From Raillietiella orientalis (taxonomy: Eukaryota), in the NCBI GenBank assembly GCA_036172245.1, contig JAYWIR010000093.1, positions 62,001 to 126,000 on the forward strand: a stretch of 64,000 nucleotides of DNA, read 5' to 3'. Positions 46,540 to 60,880 of this stretch are shown in pieces; position 1 is the stretch's first letter; every line of letters begins with the position of its first letter. Position numbers and translations under genes: made by a program. The notes below the pieces were generated by a model. That model was not told where the DNA came from and did not search any database. It saw only the letters and a program-made list of their open reading frames with translations.

Positions 46540-47560
46540 TCATAAAGATTACAGAAAATACATACACACCGCTCACTATTTACATTAATAAACAGATTTA
46601 CGTATAGATTAAAGTGTAGAATAATACAGATTATAAATATTATAAAAAAGTATGCGTATTTATAATGTATGTTAATAGACAGGTTTATGTATAGATTAAT
46701 GTATATTCTAAAAATTACAGAAAGAAAACACGTATGCTTGTTACATACTTTCAATTTATTGATTTATTTGAGATTTATATGTGGACTAACGTAAAGGAAA
46801 ATGAGTATCATCAAGATTAAAAAATTACATGTATATGCTCTATGTATAGATTTTTATGTATTTCAAATAAATAAAGACTATAGATTTATGTACAGGATAA
46901 AATACATCATAAAGATTATAAAAAATAGATATACGTGCTTAGTATATCCATTAATACATAGATTTGTATGCAGAATAATGTGTATTATAAAGATTATACT
47001 AAATATATGTATATGCTTGGTATATGTACGCATGCATACATTTGTATATAGATTAATGCATAGAATAGGACATATTATAAACTTTATAGAGAACAAATAC
47101 AAATTCATAGTACTTGTATGAATAGAGAGATCTATTTACACATTCATATGCAAATTCGACATACCTATTTATGACTATTGCCAACATTGTGATTTGTTCA
47201 TTGCATCAGAATACGCATTTGCATATAGAACTATGCATATTGCAAAGATTATGAAGAATATATGCATGCGATTATTCTACACATCAATATGTATGTTTAT
47301 GTATGATTAATATATGGATTAATATGCATTATTAAGAGAATAGTACGTGTGTGTTTATCCTAAATACTAACAAAATTACTTATTAGCCTTTTATATACAT
47401 TTGTATATATTACAAAGACTATCAAAAATAAATACATACGGTTGCTTTAATTGAATAAAAGCAAAAGAAGTGATTTTTTATGAGCTTTCTACTATGTATC
47501 GATCCACACACTGATTCATGTATCAATATATACGTATATTCTAAGCACGTGTATTGGCTT
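46540..47560. repeat. AT-rich degenerate tandem repeat, unit about 75-100 bp
   Basis: Recurring ATAAAGATTA(T/C)A..AAATA..TATGC-like words near 46542, 46632, 46708, 46808, 46908, 46986, 47076, 47242, 47412. Confidence 0.75.
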
Positions 47561-50500
47561 TCCAGGATCTTTGGGGCTTTGGGACCGCACCCGTTTGAGG
47601 GAAAACGAGCGCCTTCGCAGGGGTCACGGAGATGCGGGGAAACGGCGTGCCTGGGGGCAGAACGCTGCCCGCTGGCTTCTCTGGAGGTCGCGCACGAGGT
47701 CCGAGGTCGCCCGCACCGCATCTCCTCCTCGGAATGGGGGGACTCCTCCGTGGACTCCACCGCGCCGTGAAGGCTCGGCGAGCGGCGGCCAAACTCCAAG
47801 CTGCTGTCGGAAGCGTGCAGGGGGGTCCCCTACGCGGGTGGCAGCATCTCAGTGCCCCATTGCCCCCGGCAAGCGGCACGTGGGAAGCTGCTTGCCGGAG
47901 GGACTGCCGAGAGTGTTCTTCGCGGGCCTGAGATGGCGCTGCTGTTCCGTCCGCGGAAAGCTGTCCGAAGAACATTCGGGATGTTCTCCCTTCGGTCGCG
48001 CAACTTTCTACAAAAGCGAAACGTTCTCTTTTGTTTGGATCGTGACTTTGGGGAAACGGGAAGTGCAACCACCCAAGCACCCACCAAAGGCGGTGGTTTC
48101 TGTTTGGAGCTGCCCCTTCCTTGTGGTTGATGAAACGTGCAGTCTCCGTTTTCTACACTGGCAGGACTGCGCCGGAAGTGGATGGACTTTGCTTCTTTGA
48201 GCCGCATGCAAGCAAACCGCGGACCCCGGAAGAGCCTGCAGAATACTCGATCGTAAGAGGGACTTTTTGCCTGTGGAAGGCGTTCCAAAAAAGGAGGCTG
48301 CAGTGTTCTCGAAAGGCCGCTTTCCTTGTCCGGAGCTGATGGTGCCGCCACGGCCATTTCGTTGCGCATGCATGCGGTTCTTCGAGTTATGTGGGGTTTG
48401 GAAGAGTACCATCTTCCACACCCAGCGTAAGGCTAAGAAGGTGCTGAGTTGCCACGCGCAAGCGCCGACGCGTACTGTGAAAAAGAGGAAGCAATTCCAT
48501 ACAGTTTGAGAATCGGGAGATCCCGGGAAGACTATTCTGGAATGAACGCTGAGAACAAAAGAGGGAAGAGGAAGAAATATTCAACCGCCTCGATGGCGGG
48601 GGGCAAAGCTTTGCGACCATCTCTCAAAGTCGCTTTGCGAGATGGTTTCACTGTGGCAGAGTAAAGCAATAAGGGAAAACACCCCGAGGCACTTTTACCT
48701 TGTCTCCGTTTGCCCGCTTGCCACGAATCAGCTTCCGGGAGCATGCATCCCATTCGGGAGGGTGTATGCCCTGTTCCGATGTTTGGAAGACTCGAACGCT
48801 TGGAATCGATTCTCATTGGAGGCAGCTGAGGGCCCTTCCCAGCGCTGCCAGCTACGTGTACAGTGTGGTCCAAGAAAATTAGGGTTCAGATCGTTCGAAC
48901 TTGAAGAAAGCACGGAATTATTCTTTCCACATTTGATTTATCCGAAATGGAGTCCACCTGGCTCTGCATGCTGCTTTGCGCGGGATTTCAATTTCCGCAT
49001 GGCAATGGCGTAGTGCTTTCAAGGGATCTCCTGCAAGCACAGCTGTCTGAATGTCACTGACGAGCCCCCCTGACCTGCGGTCTCATTCGCCGAATAGGAA
49101 ACGGTCGGGAAGAAGAAAATTCGGCAAGTCCGGGGATGGGGCGACGCCAGATGGGTCTTCTGTCATTCGCCTGCCTTCTTGCGCTGGCGACAGCAAGCAC
49201 GGTGACCGATTGCGTGCGCGGTTTGCGGAGTGTCCAAAGTGTCCACCGCCCTTCGAGTTTCCTCCTTGAGGGCAATTTTGCACCGACGGAGACGTCGCCG
49301 TCGGGTGCCCGTTGCAACTGGGCGACCTTTGCGTTCGTCGTCCTTTCGCCGGCCAACCGTCTTCCGTCTCGAAGTCATGTCTTTGGACCATCCGTGGCTG
49401 CGTCCCCGTGGGCCTTTCGAACGGTGGCACTGCGTCCGTAGCCACAACTTTCTTCCTTCACGAAAATTTCGCCAGAGGGCGAAAACCAAAGTCTCGCGAA
49501 ACGTCCCTTCACATCAAAAACGAAACACGCAGTCACGTTGGTCGTTTTCCGCACCATTTAAGGAAGGGGCATGGCAAATGGTCCCTCTGCCCGCCGGTGC
49601 ACGGCATGACCACTGCAGTCTCAGAAAATCGAGTCCTCAGTCTAACACTCGTGGGTCGGGCTGCGTACATCTCTTTGCATCTTTTAGTTTGTGGTGTCTC
49701 GTACGCCCTCTTTCCTACAGTACATTTTTTCAGAATGGAAGCACAGATGGCAGAGCGGCTCCGCAGGCTCTGGCAACGTAACCAAGGCGATGGATGTGTT
49801 TCCTTTTCGGTTTCGTGCTAGCATTCTCCAGCGACTGAAGGAGTTTTCCTCTTCTGAAGCCAACACCTACCACTCGCATCCAGTAGTTCCCTTGGCGCGC
49901 CCTCGCAGAGATGAAAATTTCCACGCCTACATCACGAACGATGAACGAAGTGGTTTCCTCCAAACTTGGAAGGAGTCTTTGTGGCATCCTTTACCCCCGA
50001 GCTCCCTTCCTGCTGCTGCTTGTAAGTTCTTCAGGCAAGCAGTACGAAGCGCGAAGAGCGCGGAAGGATTTTGTGAGGTCAAACCGCGTAGAAAAAAGCG
50101 TGAAGCGTACGGAAACGCGTATGTGATTTCGGTTCCGAAAAGCGAACCGTTCCCAATGGACGCCGTCGTCAGTGGCCAAGCGGATGCCGACCGTGTGAAG
50201 TCTTCGATTACCACGACCGAGTTCTCCTTCATGGAACGGAAGACGGCAGCACGGAGTGCGCGCTGTGTGGAGTTCGTTCCGAAAACTGCGGTGCCCAGAA
50301 CAGCCCTGGCAGAGCGTGCAAATCCTGGAGTCATCCTGGAGGATCAGATACCACGGAGCAGGGTGTGGCCAAGTAAGTCTCTTTTATTGCTGCGTGAATC
50401 GGGAATGCATCGAGTGTCCCCAATCCCTTGGTCTTGTTACGTGACGTGGAACGACGCAGGTGGGGAAATGACTCGTTGAGAGGTCAGGCGGTTTGCCGAC

Positions 50501-53500
50501 CACATTACATGTGGATGGCTACTCTCACGGCTCGAATTCAGTCTTTCTTCCTTTTCATGAAAGTCAGCCAAAGCCATGGATTCTCTGACGGTTGCTTGCA
50601 AGGGCCATACGTTTATGGACTTGGAGCCAAAGGCGGGAAGTTCGGACCTTTCGGCACCTTTCAAATGGTGGTAACTTTGGGGAGAAGGGGGAAGTCGACT
50701 GAGTCTCCCATGGGAACGATTTCGATGTCATCGTTCGATAGGATTCGGAACTGCTGATGTCTGCTGGTTTGGGTGCGTTGGGGGACCTCGGAATGCTTAC
50801 TGCAGCCCCGTCCATGTGTCGAGAGTCGTTCGCTTTTGTTTATTTAGCACGGATGGTAAGCAGCCTTTTTGGGCTGGATGGACAGGTGGTGTTCGTGTGA
50901 AGTGTTTCCACCGAAGCAGATGCACTCATCAGATTGTCCAATTTTCGTTTCGCTTCGGGACGCCTTTGTTCCATGCTGGTGACTCTTTGGTTTCTGGAAA
51001 ATACGACCTATTTAACGAGTCGTAGAATCGGACGGCGTTTCTGCTGACGTCCAAAGTGCTCAAAACGTCTCAATACTTTTCACCATGTATGTATTTTCTT
51101 CGATGCAGACGTCCCTTTTACAAGAGTTATTATTATAAGAGTTAACCACACAACTTCGGATGCTCAGTGTTGATCCCATGTTGATGGCGCATAGCGGTTG
51201 CACCAACGAAAACTTTGGGAATGGAGTCTGTGTGGTGGATGCTCCCATCACACACACTCACAGGAGTGGAGGTGCTGCACCACTTCAGCTTCCTTTACTG
51301 CTGTCACCCTTACATGGTCGAAAGCGGTAGACAGCTACGGCGTCCGTCGACGCTGAAGCTTCTCTGGCCGATGACATGGACTGCGCAACTTCTTTCGGTC
51401 CAATCAGATGTTCTTACTCTTCTAAAGCTGCCTTGGTCTTCATGCCCATTGTACCATCACCATTCGCCGACAAATTTCGACTTTAAAAGTGGGGAATTGG
51501 CTGAGGATCGTGGACAACGATGGGACATAGCAGAGGCTGAAGTCGCTGCCGGACGCAATTCGGGACCGGGACCCGCTGTCGGGCAACAGGACCACGTAAT
51601 CCTTGTGGTCCCACGGGATCCATTGGTCACTCCGGCCTTTCCACCGTATGTGCAACTTGGGGCTCCGCAGCTCGTGATGCAATCCAAGATGCGACATCTT
51701 TTCCCAAGCTCGGAAATTCTTCGATTGTCTTCGTTTACCTCAGCAGCACGAAACTTTCCTCTGTGGCAGAAGATCGTTCAATCTGAATCGTTTAGGGCGA
51801 ATTCTGAAAGGCACTCTGTGGTCATTCGGCAGAAATTACGAGCGCATCTCGTGCGTGCTGCGAGGTGGTTGCGGCAGGGGTGGCACGGGTTTGACCGGAT
51901 CGGTCAGTGCATTGGCTCCGTGGTTTGGTTTCCACCTTTCCTCCCTGTCAATGTTTAAAATCCTACGCCGCTGTGGCGTATGCGTGGATTTCTCGTGTGC
52001 TGTGCGTGTTGTTGTAAATGAAGGGCTCAGAACTCGGTCAGGGTGTCGGAAGTTGGAATGAAAATGTAAGCATTTGCCGAGGAAGTCGCGGTGCTAAGGG
52101 ATGGTGGCAATGGCGAGTCTCGTGGAGCACTTGAAGCACGTAGCAGCAAATAGTTTGCTGCCGTAGCTGCTGCGCTTTGTTTCTGTTTCTGGAAACCTAT
52201 AGAACTGAAATCGATTCTTATGTTTCACATGAATCGCTATAACACGAAGACATCCTCTGCTCCTGGGAGCGTGCGCGCTGGAAGGAATTTCGCAAAGCGA
52301 AGCACAGAGAGATCGCAATTCGATGTTGGGGCGGTGAAGTATCTGTTCCAAGTGAATGGCTCGCAACATTTTCTCTGGCGCCCTTGGTGGCTTCCTGGAT
52401 GTGATGCAGCATTTGGGCGAGGGGGGGGTTGTATGGCGCAGCTTTGCTGTTGTCCCTGCTGAAGCCAACGACGGTGATTGGTTGCCGCTGTAGAGATGGG
52501 TGTCGTCAGCCTTCCTGCATGACTGCATGCGTTTGGTCTTTTTTCCAGAGTCGAAGGACTTTGGCAAATGTTTTGCTTGCAGTTCCGAGCGGATCAAGTA
52601 TCCAGGAGGTGGTTCATGTGTGCGATGACTGTTTGATCCTGGTCCTTCCATGGGATTCTTCTGTATTTATGATCTTGTGATTCGGAAGCAATCCTGAATA
52701 AGGTTTGTTCGTGGCGTAGAATTTCATCTTAACACCCACGGATTTACCGTTCTGGATCAATGGTAGTATTTGGAATTATGGAATTCTTCAAGAATAGATG
52801 GAAATTTTCCGCATAGGGTTTTCCGGAAATTCTCCTTCATTGTTTTTCGAATGGTCATGTTGTCGAAGGAGATGTGGTGACGGTAAGCAAACGGATTCCC
52901 ATCTTACCACCTGAAGAGGTAACGCACTGTGCTTTTGGCTTAAGGTCCCTCCTGATGCGCTCTGCAAGGGTTGTCTCGAATACCTCGCTTTTCAGGTGTA
53001 GAGTGGTGTGGGCTCGAGTCTGCCTCTATTCTTTAGCTCTTCCTTCCTCTGTTTCCGAGTGTTCTCCTGTCTTCAGCTGGCGTCTCGAAGCCGTCTGTCC
53101 TCTGTGCGTGGTGGCGCGACATCTTTTGAGCATTGCGATCAAAGGATTTTTGGTCTTTACTGAGGGCATGAATGTCGTTGTACGTCGATTCCTTAGGAAT
53201 TTTGGTTTCCATTGGTGGTAATGAGCAGAGGTTTGTGAAGATGCTTATCTCTATTGTGATCGTGGTTCGGAGTAGGGCAGACTGCTGGGTTTAATAATCG
53301 TTGTTGAACTGTGGCTGAGCAAGAGGTCGAGTCTTGCTGAAGGAAGGAAGCCATCTGGATGATTCCCAGGAAGGGAAGGAAGGTGGCGATAGAGTGTCAG
53401 TGTCGGAGAGTATATAGAGGGCGTTCAATGAGGAGCCGTGTTGGCAGTCATCATCGTGGATGTGTTTCTCACGAGGCTACTGTATTCTCTTTGTACACGT

Positions 53501-55279
53501 GTATGGTTGCTTATGGTGAAACTTCACGTGTCCATCGTGTTGCTGAAAAATGAAGTTGACAAAAAGTTGGATATAGGAAGTGTGCTGTGGAAATTGATGA
53601 CTATCAATGTTTCTGTGTGGTCGGAAACGGTTAATCTGGTGAGCATAAAAAGCGTTTGTCAATATGTGAAGATTGATGGCAACATGGCTCATAATCTCGC
53701 ACATGATTCCGTTTCTTAAAGACTATGACAGCGTACTGGACCGTGTACGGCTTGTTTTGCAAAAAGTGTACCGAAGGGAAGCTCCTCACCGTTGTTCAGG
53801 AAGCGGCATCCACCTTTTTGCAGCTCTGCATGTGGATGGAGTTTCCTTTGAGGATCAAGAATCTTGCAAATGTGTTTTCTTCTGGTGTTTCTAGCATTAT
53901 CTGGTCAAAAAGGACTATCATGGGATGAGGAATTATTTGTGTTTAGCTGGACTGTTTGTGAGCAACAAATTGCAAGAAAATGGTGCTTCTGAGGATGTAA
54001 AGAAGCAAATGGATAGGTTTCGTCGTCACCGAATACGACGAGTATGGGCGTGTTCGGTACCTGTGGCACTGGAAAGTACATATACGTTCTTGTGTCAAGT
54101 TGTTGAGAATGTGTGAGGGTGGCCAAAGGAGGCGTACGATAAAGTGTCTTTGGCTGCAGTGGGAAGATGAGAAGTGTGAGTGTTCTGTTCACATCTCCTT
54201 GGGAACGTATCATTCGGTCAACTGTTTCACGAATGCGCGGAGGGGCTCATTTGCAGTTTCGACGTCGACCAGTCCTTCCAAATTTCTGGCACTTCGGTCA
54301 GCCCCGTTATGGAGAGCTGTTTTTCTGTTCCACTGCGATCGCGCACCGCCACCTCTGGATTGGCATTCGTTCATATAGAATGGTGCGCTGTTAGTTGTTT
54401 GTCCACAGGTCGTTCTCCATGCAGAAGGTGGGTCGAACCATGCGCTCCAGCTGCGGTGTCCCACCTACTTGCCCGGGAAAAAGGATGCGATTCCGCAGGC
54501 GGGGCGGGAAATTGCCTTCCTGTCAGAGTGCGTCAAGCAACCAGCTGAGGAGGCGGAGGACTTAATTATTCTGAGATCTCCCTGCATTCCATAGTAATGG
54601 CTTCCACATTAAGTGAACTCTGCATACAAATTGGTGAAGGGAGGAATGACTGATATTCGGCGTTGTTGTTCAGCGAATATCATATACTTCAACAGTCTGT
54701 GGTATACGCTCGGAATCAACTGACCACTCCTTCCAGTATCGTAGTGTGATGCGGCGCAAAAGATCGCACTGCTCTGTGGCGTAAAGACTCTTTTTTGGGT
54801 AGAACAAAATCTCTAGAGGCTCAGCCTTTGCGAGAGACGGTGTTACCACGGTAATGGGGACCCAAGAACGCTATTTTACTGGCTTTTTCGTTTTGAATAA
54901 ATCATCGGCGTAGAAAGTAATGTTAAATCGATTTGAGTATCCAGCACATTCCTTTAAATCGATGTTCTCTTGAGCTGCAAATAGACAATCGTCGTTTAGA
55001 ACGGAACTAGGGACTGTCCTGTTGAGATGGCGCAACTGAATGGCATGCAGCAAATGGCTTGAAATTAGCAATCGTGCCAATTAAGCTGGCACCCAGCGAA
55101 TCACTAAGAACACTGGTGACAAATTCAAACAGTTCGCAGTCGGGTGTAACCCCGAAAGTGTGCTTGAATGAGCGTTCGCAAAAACGAAATGCCAAAACCT
55201 TTCGGTGGATCCAATTACTGTCCGGCATTCTCCATGCCACATCAAGTATTCGTTCACTGAGACCTAAGGGACTGCTCCT

Positions 55280-57120
55280 CACTATGGAGGACAACACCTG
55301 CAGGCCGGGTACGGAGACACTTGATCCCCATCCCTCGTCGTCCGCAGCCGCACCCTGTTCTTCATAACCAAGGTGTCCAGACGAAGGCAAAACGCGTGAA
55401 GCGTGCCTTGCACTGTAGGACAACTGGATCCGGTCAACATCTTTCTGATGATGAGCACCTCTTCGGTTAGCTGTTCATACCGTCTCATGAGCTCATGGTG
55501 CCCAGAGTAAGGGCTTATCAGCACGAAAGGCAAGTCCCACGCATAATGATGTAAATACTGGGCAGTCTCAAATCTCGACCAGGTCTTCTCGGTCTTGAAA
55601 TTTATGTCACTGTTTCCAGAGTGCATTTCCCTATTGTGGGCTTCTGCAACTGCATGGAGGTCACGGTCTCCGTTCTCTACTGACCAACAAAGAATTTCGC
55701 GGTGTGGGACGTCTGATGTTGTTTCAGAATAATTAATGGCGCCGGGGATCCCAACCAGAGGGAGGTTCAACCCCACGGGAGTCGTACGAACGAACAGCCG
55801 CTGACACACACATCAGTGGCAGACACGGTTAAGCTCACAGGAACGGCGCCACAAGGACGAGGAGAATGCTCTCCCAAAGTGAGTCAACCGGTCTCCCGGA
55901 ATATGCAGGGGTGTGGGGCCCAACGCCTCCTCGCTGGGTTCCTCCACACTCTTGGGGGCTAGGGGCAACTTCGGCCCCTCTCGCTTAATCCATAAAGTCA
56001 AGCTCGACAGCTACCGAGAGACGATGACACGCCCGGTGCTGCGAGCGGGGAGACCATGGTGTCGTACGGCTATTTGCTCCCCCAAATAGCCACAAATCCT
56101 TGTCCTGCGCCAGGAGAGTCCGGCAGACCGCGATGACAAAGCGACTTTCAGAGGGACCCTTATTCACAAAGCGGAATACACGCTTATCACCACTGATCTG
56201 CGTGGCGAACTTGACGGCCCGCTGTCATAACGAGGGCTTGATCTTCGAGTCTCCAAGAGGAGCCATGGGTGATGGTTCGCTTCCCCCTGGTGTCACCTCC
56301 TCACCACCACTGGAGTTGCAATCCTGAGGCTCACTCTTCTTCCTCGTGGGCAAGATCGTGACCCCGCGGAGTTCCCCCTCCGCAGGCCCTGTGTCCGGTC
56401 ATTCATTCGCTTGATAAGGGAGTCGGGCACCCCGCCCGTTAGGCGCTCCGACGTCTGCACTCTATCCAAACTAAGGAGTGAGAACCTCGTAATGAGGTGG
56501 TCCTCCAGAGACGAGCCTAAGTTAGAGGTGGTGCGCACCTCAACGCCAATAGGGCTAATGACGGATCTCAACAGTCTTCTCGGCTTTCTCTACGTCCACC
56601 GTGTACCGCTTTTTTTCAGGAAGGGTAAACCTGACCGTCTTCGGTGTTTTCTAGGGGATACCCCAACCCCGTCCGTATGTACGCTCTCGGTGGCGCACCC
56701 CGTAGCACGTTCGGGAACCTTGGCGGGAACTTCCGACCCCATCCCGGCTCCCTCCCCAAACTCCGCCTTCTCTGGGACTCCATTTTAGTCAGGGAAAGTC
56801 GATTCTGCCCCTACCTCGAGTCTAAGCCGCTTCAGCACCGGTAGCAGAGCGCTGAAGACCCGGGTGCAGCGGAGTTGCCCATTTTTTTTTTCTAAAATTA
56901 CTCTACTCAGTTCCCGGGAGGCTATATCGAACTGCATGAGGTTCCGTGCAGTGCTTAGGTCGTATAGCACTGCCCGAGCAATTTCGCCCACCCACGAGGC
57001 GCTGAGATCCCTGCGAGCTCGCTGGCCCACAATGGGCTCAGCTCGGCCTTCGAATGAGGAAGAGCAGCCATCACATTCGACTCTCAATTCGGGCGTCCAC
57101 TGTGCAAATTGTAAATACAT
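55280..57120 (-). pseudogene. Unknown protein family, decayed copy 1
   Basis: Three colinear peptide blocks shared with 59600-60880, e.g. AQYLHHYA....SGHHELMRRYEQLTEEV.IIR..LTGS..TVQGTLH. Confidence 0.6.
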
Positions 57121-59599
57121 TGCTCATAATTCACCAGCTCTGTTATCATCCGGAGCAGATGCCGAATCAGATCATGTCCTAAATTGTAGAGAGGGTCGCT
57201 CATCACTGCTTTCCTCAGCATATTCCGGCTAATCAATCCTTTAATTCTTATTGTCAAAGGGACGATCCAAAACGTCTAATCCTTAAGCTCTGCGTTCTGG
57301 TCAGGTGAGTTCTAAAATAAGTGTTGTCTGAAAAAATCTCATTGATCACCCTGACGTTTCTAAAGGTTTGAGAGGGCTCTCGTAGCATTATGGCGAGTCT
57401 TTCGATAATTAGATTCCTCGTTTTTGTATACAAAACTAACACTACCAGAACAAACACACACAATCTTATGAATGTCACTCATGTTTTGGAATAGAAACTG
57501 AAATTTAGACGTTGTTTGGTCTTCTACAATAGAGATCGAACGCTGAATAATTGGGTCTTTGCAACAGACCGAAGAGAACTGGTACTTAAGTGCATCAGGT
57601 TTTTGATAGCTATGAAAACTATTATAATTCAGTTCCAATGAATATCCTGCATGCTGACGTTGTGGAATTTTAATTTCTTTAATCTGTTCTTCCGAAAAGG
57701 TTCATGCAACGATTTTTTTCTTCGAAAATTAAGAAATTCCAAAGATGAATCCCAATGAGTGAATTTCCAATTCTGTGGGCCGTTGAATACCGCTGAACCT
57801 CGACTGACTGGGAATTCAGCTCTGGATGTGCTCCATCCCCAGGGATGGGATGCATTCTATCGGTAGGTGGTTCTCTTCTGTCATTAGCTCCTGCTATTTT
57901 TCTAACAGGATGAGCAAGGTTTAGCATCCATCGTTATAGAGGATTCAGCAGCTATAACCTGCTGCATCACTTGGTCTTTATCATCATGTGGTCTTCTGAC
58001 ATTGCAGACAAGCGTTCAGATCCGCCAGATTAATGAGACAAATTGGAGTTCACAACTGCTATCACACGGCAATTTGGATAACCTGCTGGTATCCAAATCT
58101 GCTTCCAGCTCTTGAGTCTGCAGTGGGTGTATTTCGCTCATGAGGGCTAGCAGCAAAGTTGGAAATTTATGAATCGTTTAACTGTTATTCTCGTTTGTGG
58201 TCCCCGCATCTCTTCAGCATGGCCAAAGCACATCCCGGAGCATATCATTCACAAGGATGGATATTCTGGCATAAGCTTTCATCAAGAAAATGTCTTCGGA
58301 ACCACTACCATGGACTTTTCTGGACTCTGTTTCGACGCCGGTGACGATGGTAACGAACATGGTCAATTAGTAGTGCTCATCGGCAGCCTTGGAGAGGACA
58401 CGAGGGAGTACGCAACCCTTTTACAAGAGAATATACCGTCTATCAGCATGCGGATGGGACCCAGACGATACAAAATTCATAAGCAAGAGGATCCTCAATA
58501 TTTCTGTGTGCATTCATCTCCTTGCTTGTTGAGTGGGAGAAATGTCCACCGTATGCATGCGTATACAACTGCTACTGACGACATCTCCTCAGGTAATCAA
58601 TATTGCGCCCTTCAATCCAGAATATCCAAGAGATTTTTGGTTTTTCGTATAATGGGAGTCTTCATTAAGCTGTGGTGGACATGGGCAGGAAAAACAAGAA
58701 GGATCGGAGCAGAAAGCATTTTCTCTTTCTGGAGAATCCGAGGCATGAAGGAATGAAAACATTGCTTTTGTTGGTGATCGCATTTCTACATGATAGTTGG
58801 GCTTCCACGCCTTGGGCTTTGAACGGAGTTGCAACTCTTTTACTCAGGGGGTTTTAAAGCCTACAAGTTGATGAGCAGATGCTTCGTATCACACATCAGA
58901 ATTCACAGACAGAATGACACCAGTGAAGTAAGCAGCCAAGGAGTCAGGTGACGCACGATCTGTCCGCGATGATAGATGAGGCATTTCGCAGTCACTGAAG
59001 TATGGAGGAGCAAATGCTGCTTCGACGGTTGAAAGCACGCTATGTGCCATTAGTTGATTGGCTGCTTGATAGTTTAACGCCCCAAAACGCTGTAAATCAC
59101 GATAATAAGCTGCAAATAATAAGCTCCTTTCTAACCTTATGTTCTCAATGATCTTCAAATAATGTCCATTTAAGAGAAGGTGCCATCGAACCTTCTCTGT
59201 CTTTCTAGCTGCATGAGTCAGCACTTCCATTGGTACTCGAACTTCACTCCCTTCTCAGAAAAATCCATTAAGAAGTAGGTACCTTGAAGAAGAGTAGATC
59301 TTGGTTTTATCGAGTTCAGCTGCTTGTTCCTTCCATGTTTAATAAGTAATTGAGAAATGCCAATCTGTTGCTGTCTGTGTCTTCTTTTCGCTATTGCTGT
59401 GCTCAGCCACCTGCCCAGCAAGATCTACGACACCAGTTGTCGTGGCTTCTTCAAAGAATTACCGCCTCACGGGCAAACTGCCTCACGATTCGTGACGGCA
59501 AGTCTGGGTGCAGTGCACCAGCAAGCGGCTCGGGTACTTTGCCTATCTCAAGCAGGTGATCATCGGTCAAGCCGGCGGCTGAAATACCGTTGCCTAACA

Positions 59600-60880
59600 A
59601 TCCCACTGATGTCATCCATTCGTTGCCTCCCCACGAGGTCTCGACGGTTGAGTTCTCTCGACCCGGGAGAGTACACGCTGAGTCGGAGAGCTGCTCTTCC
59701 CAACCGCCTTCCTCAAAACCTCGGTCCTGGGACTCCTGGATGTAAAGTCCTCCTGCGTAGACTGTAGGAGTGTAGCGTGCCCTGCACGGTAGAGCACCGA
59801 CGGACCCAGTGAGCGTGCCCCTGATAATCTGGACTTCTTCCGCAAGCTGTTCGTGGCGTCTGAGCAGTTCCTGCGTGCCAGAATGGAGCCTCAGAACCGC
59901 CGCCTCTCTGTCGCAGGCGTGGTGATGCAACTCCTGAGCGCTTGGGAAAGTGTTGGAAACCCACACTCACCAACTTTTGGCTGGTGAGTGTGGATTTCGC
60001 ACGGGGCTCATTTGCTCCTTCTCCCTCTTGCCTCCTCTTTCTCAGTTGGGGGTCTTTCTGAACTTCTTTCCCCTTCTCGCCAGGCCTCACCGCTTGACGC
60101 CTAACAAAGACGGTGGACTCTAGCGGAATATTCCGTCATGACTGGTCACCACATGGTTGATGTCTAGGTCCCAGGTTATAGCTCCCGTGGCATTGGCCTG
60201 ACTGTGGCCTTGATTTTTCCACATCCAAGCAAAGCGAACCTCCTCACGGCGAGGTCGTGCCGGGACATTGCGTCTATGATTTCGTTCCTAAGGCTACGAA
60301 GGCGTGAGTCGTAGACGGTCGCAATCAACTCACGCTCAGCCGTTATGACGTTGCCGTCAAGGCTTTCCAAAGTGACATCCTCGAAGCTCATTGCCTTCCT
60401 TTGAGGTTCTTTGGTCTTAGTCCGGGGGTTAATGTCCCCTTTATCTTAAGTTTTGCAGTCTCCGCAACGGAGCTCCTGGAGTCGACATTCGTTGGTACTG
60501 CCTGTGGAGTGTTGGGGTCTGCGGTCTGCTTAAGAGCTTCGTCCTCGTCCTCAAGGCGGTCCTCTAGTTCGCCTTGAGGACGTCCTCATGCCTCTCAGGA
60601 CGGACCTGAGCGTACTTAAAACGCGAGCACACCGCAGATGCCCTCCTTTATCTTCAAGTATTAACTTTCTCTTTCTGTTTCTGTTTAACTTTCTGTTTAA
60701 CGGCTTCATCTAAGCCAGAAAATGTGCACGCGCAACTCAGATCTGCGAGTCGCGCCTCGGCAATTTCCCTCACCCACAAGGCGCCGATCCGAGTGAGTGT
60801 GAGGTGCCAAAACTGATCACCTCCCGGGTCCGTCGAAGGCCGAGCACTCATTGCCCTATTCATTCCTTCTTTCGGTCGGA
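59600..60880 (-). pseudogene. Unknown protein family, decayed copy 2
   Basis: AQELHHHA....SGTQELLRRHEQLAEEV.IIR..LTGS..TVQGTLH; ALWVREIA.A.L.DLS. Confidence 0.6.

Noticed and set aside
46540..47560. CRISPR array or coding ORFs in the AT island
   Set aside because: Units are degenerate throughout with no constant repeat/unique spacer pattern; ORFs are I/Y/K low-complexity artefacts.
42400..50800. Numerous 60-260 aa ORFs as genes
   Set aside because: Overlapping GC-driven frames with no recognisable domain; left unannotated.
54560..55080. Polymerase motifs in MQGDL and SSHLLHA..NDD
   Set aside because: Short matches without the right order or context.
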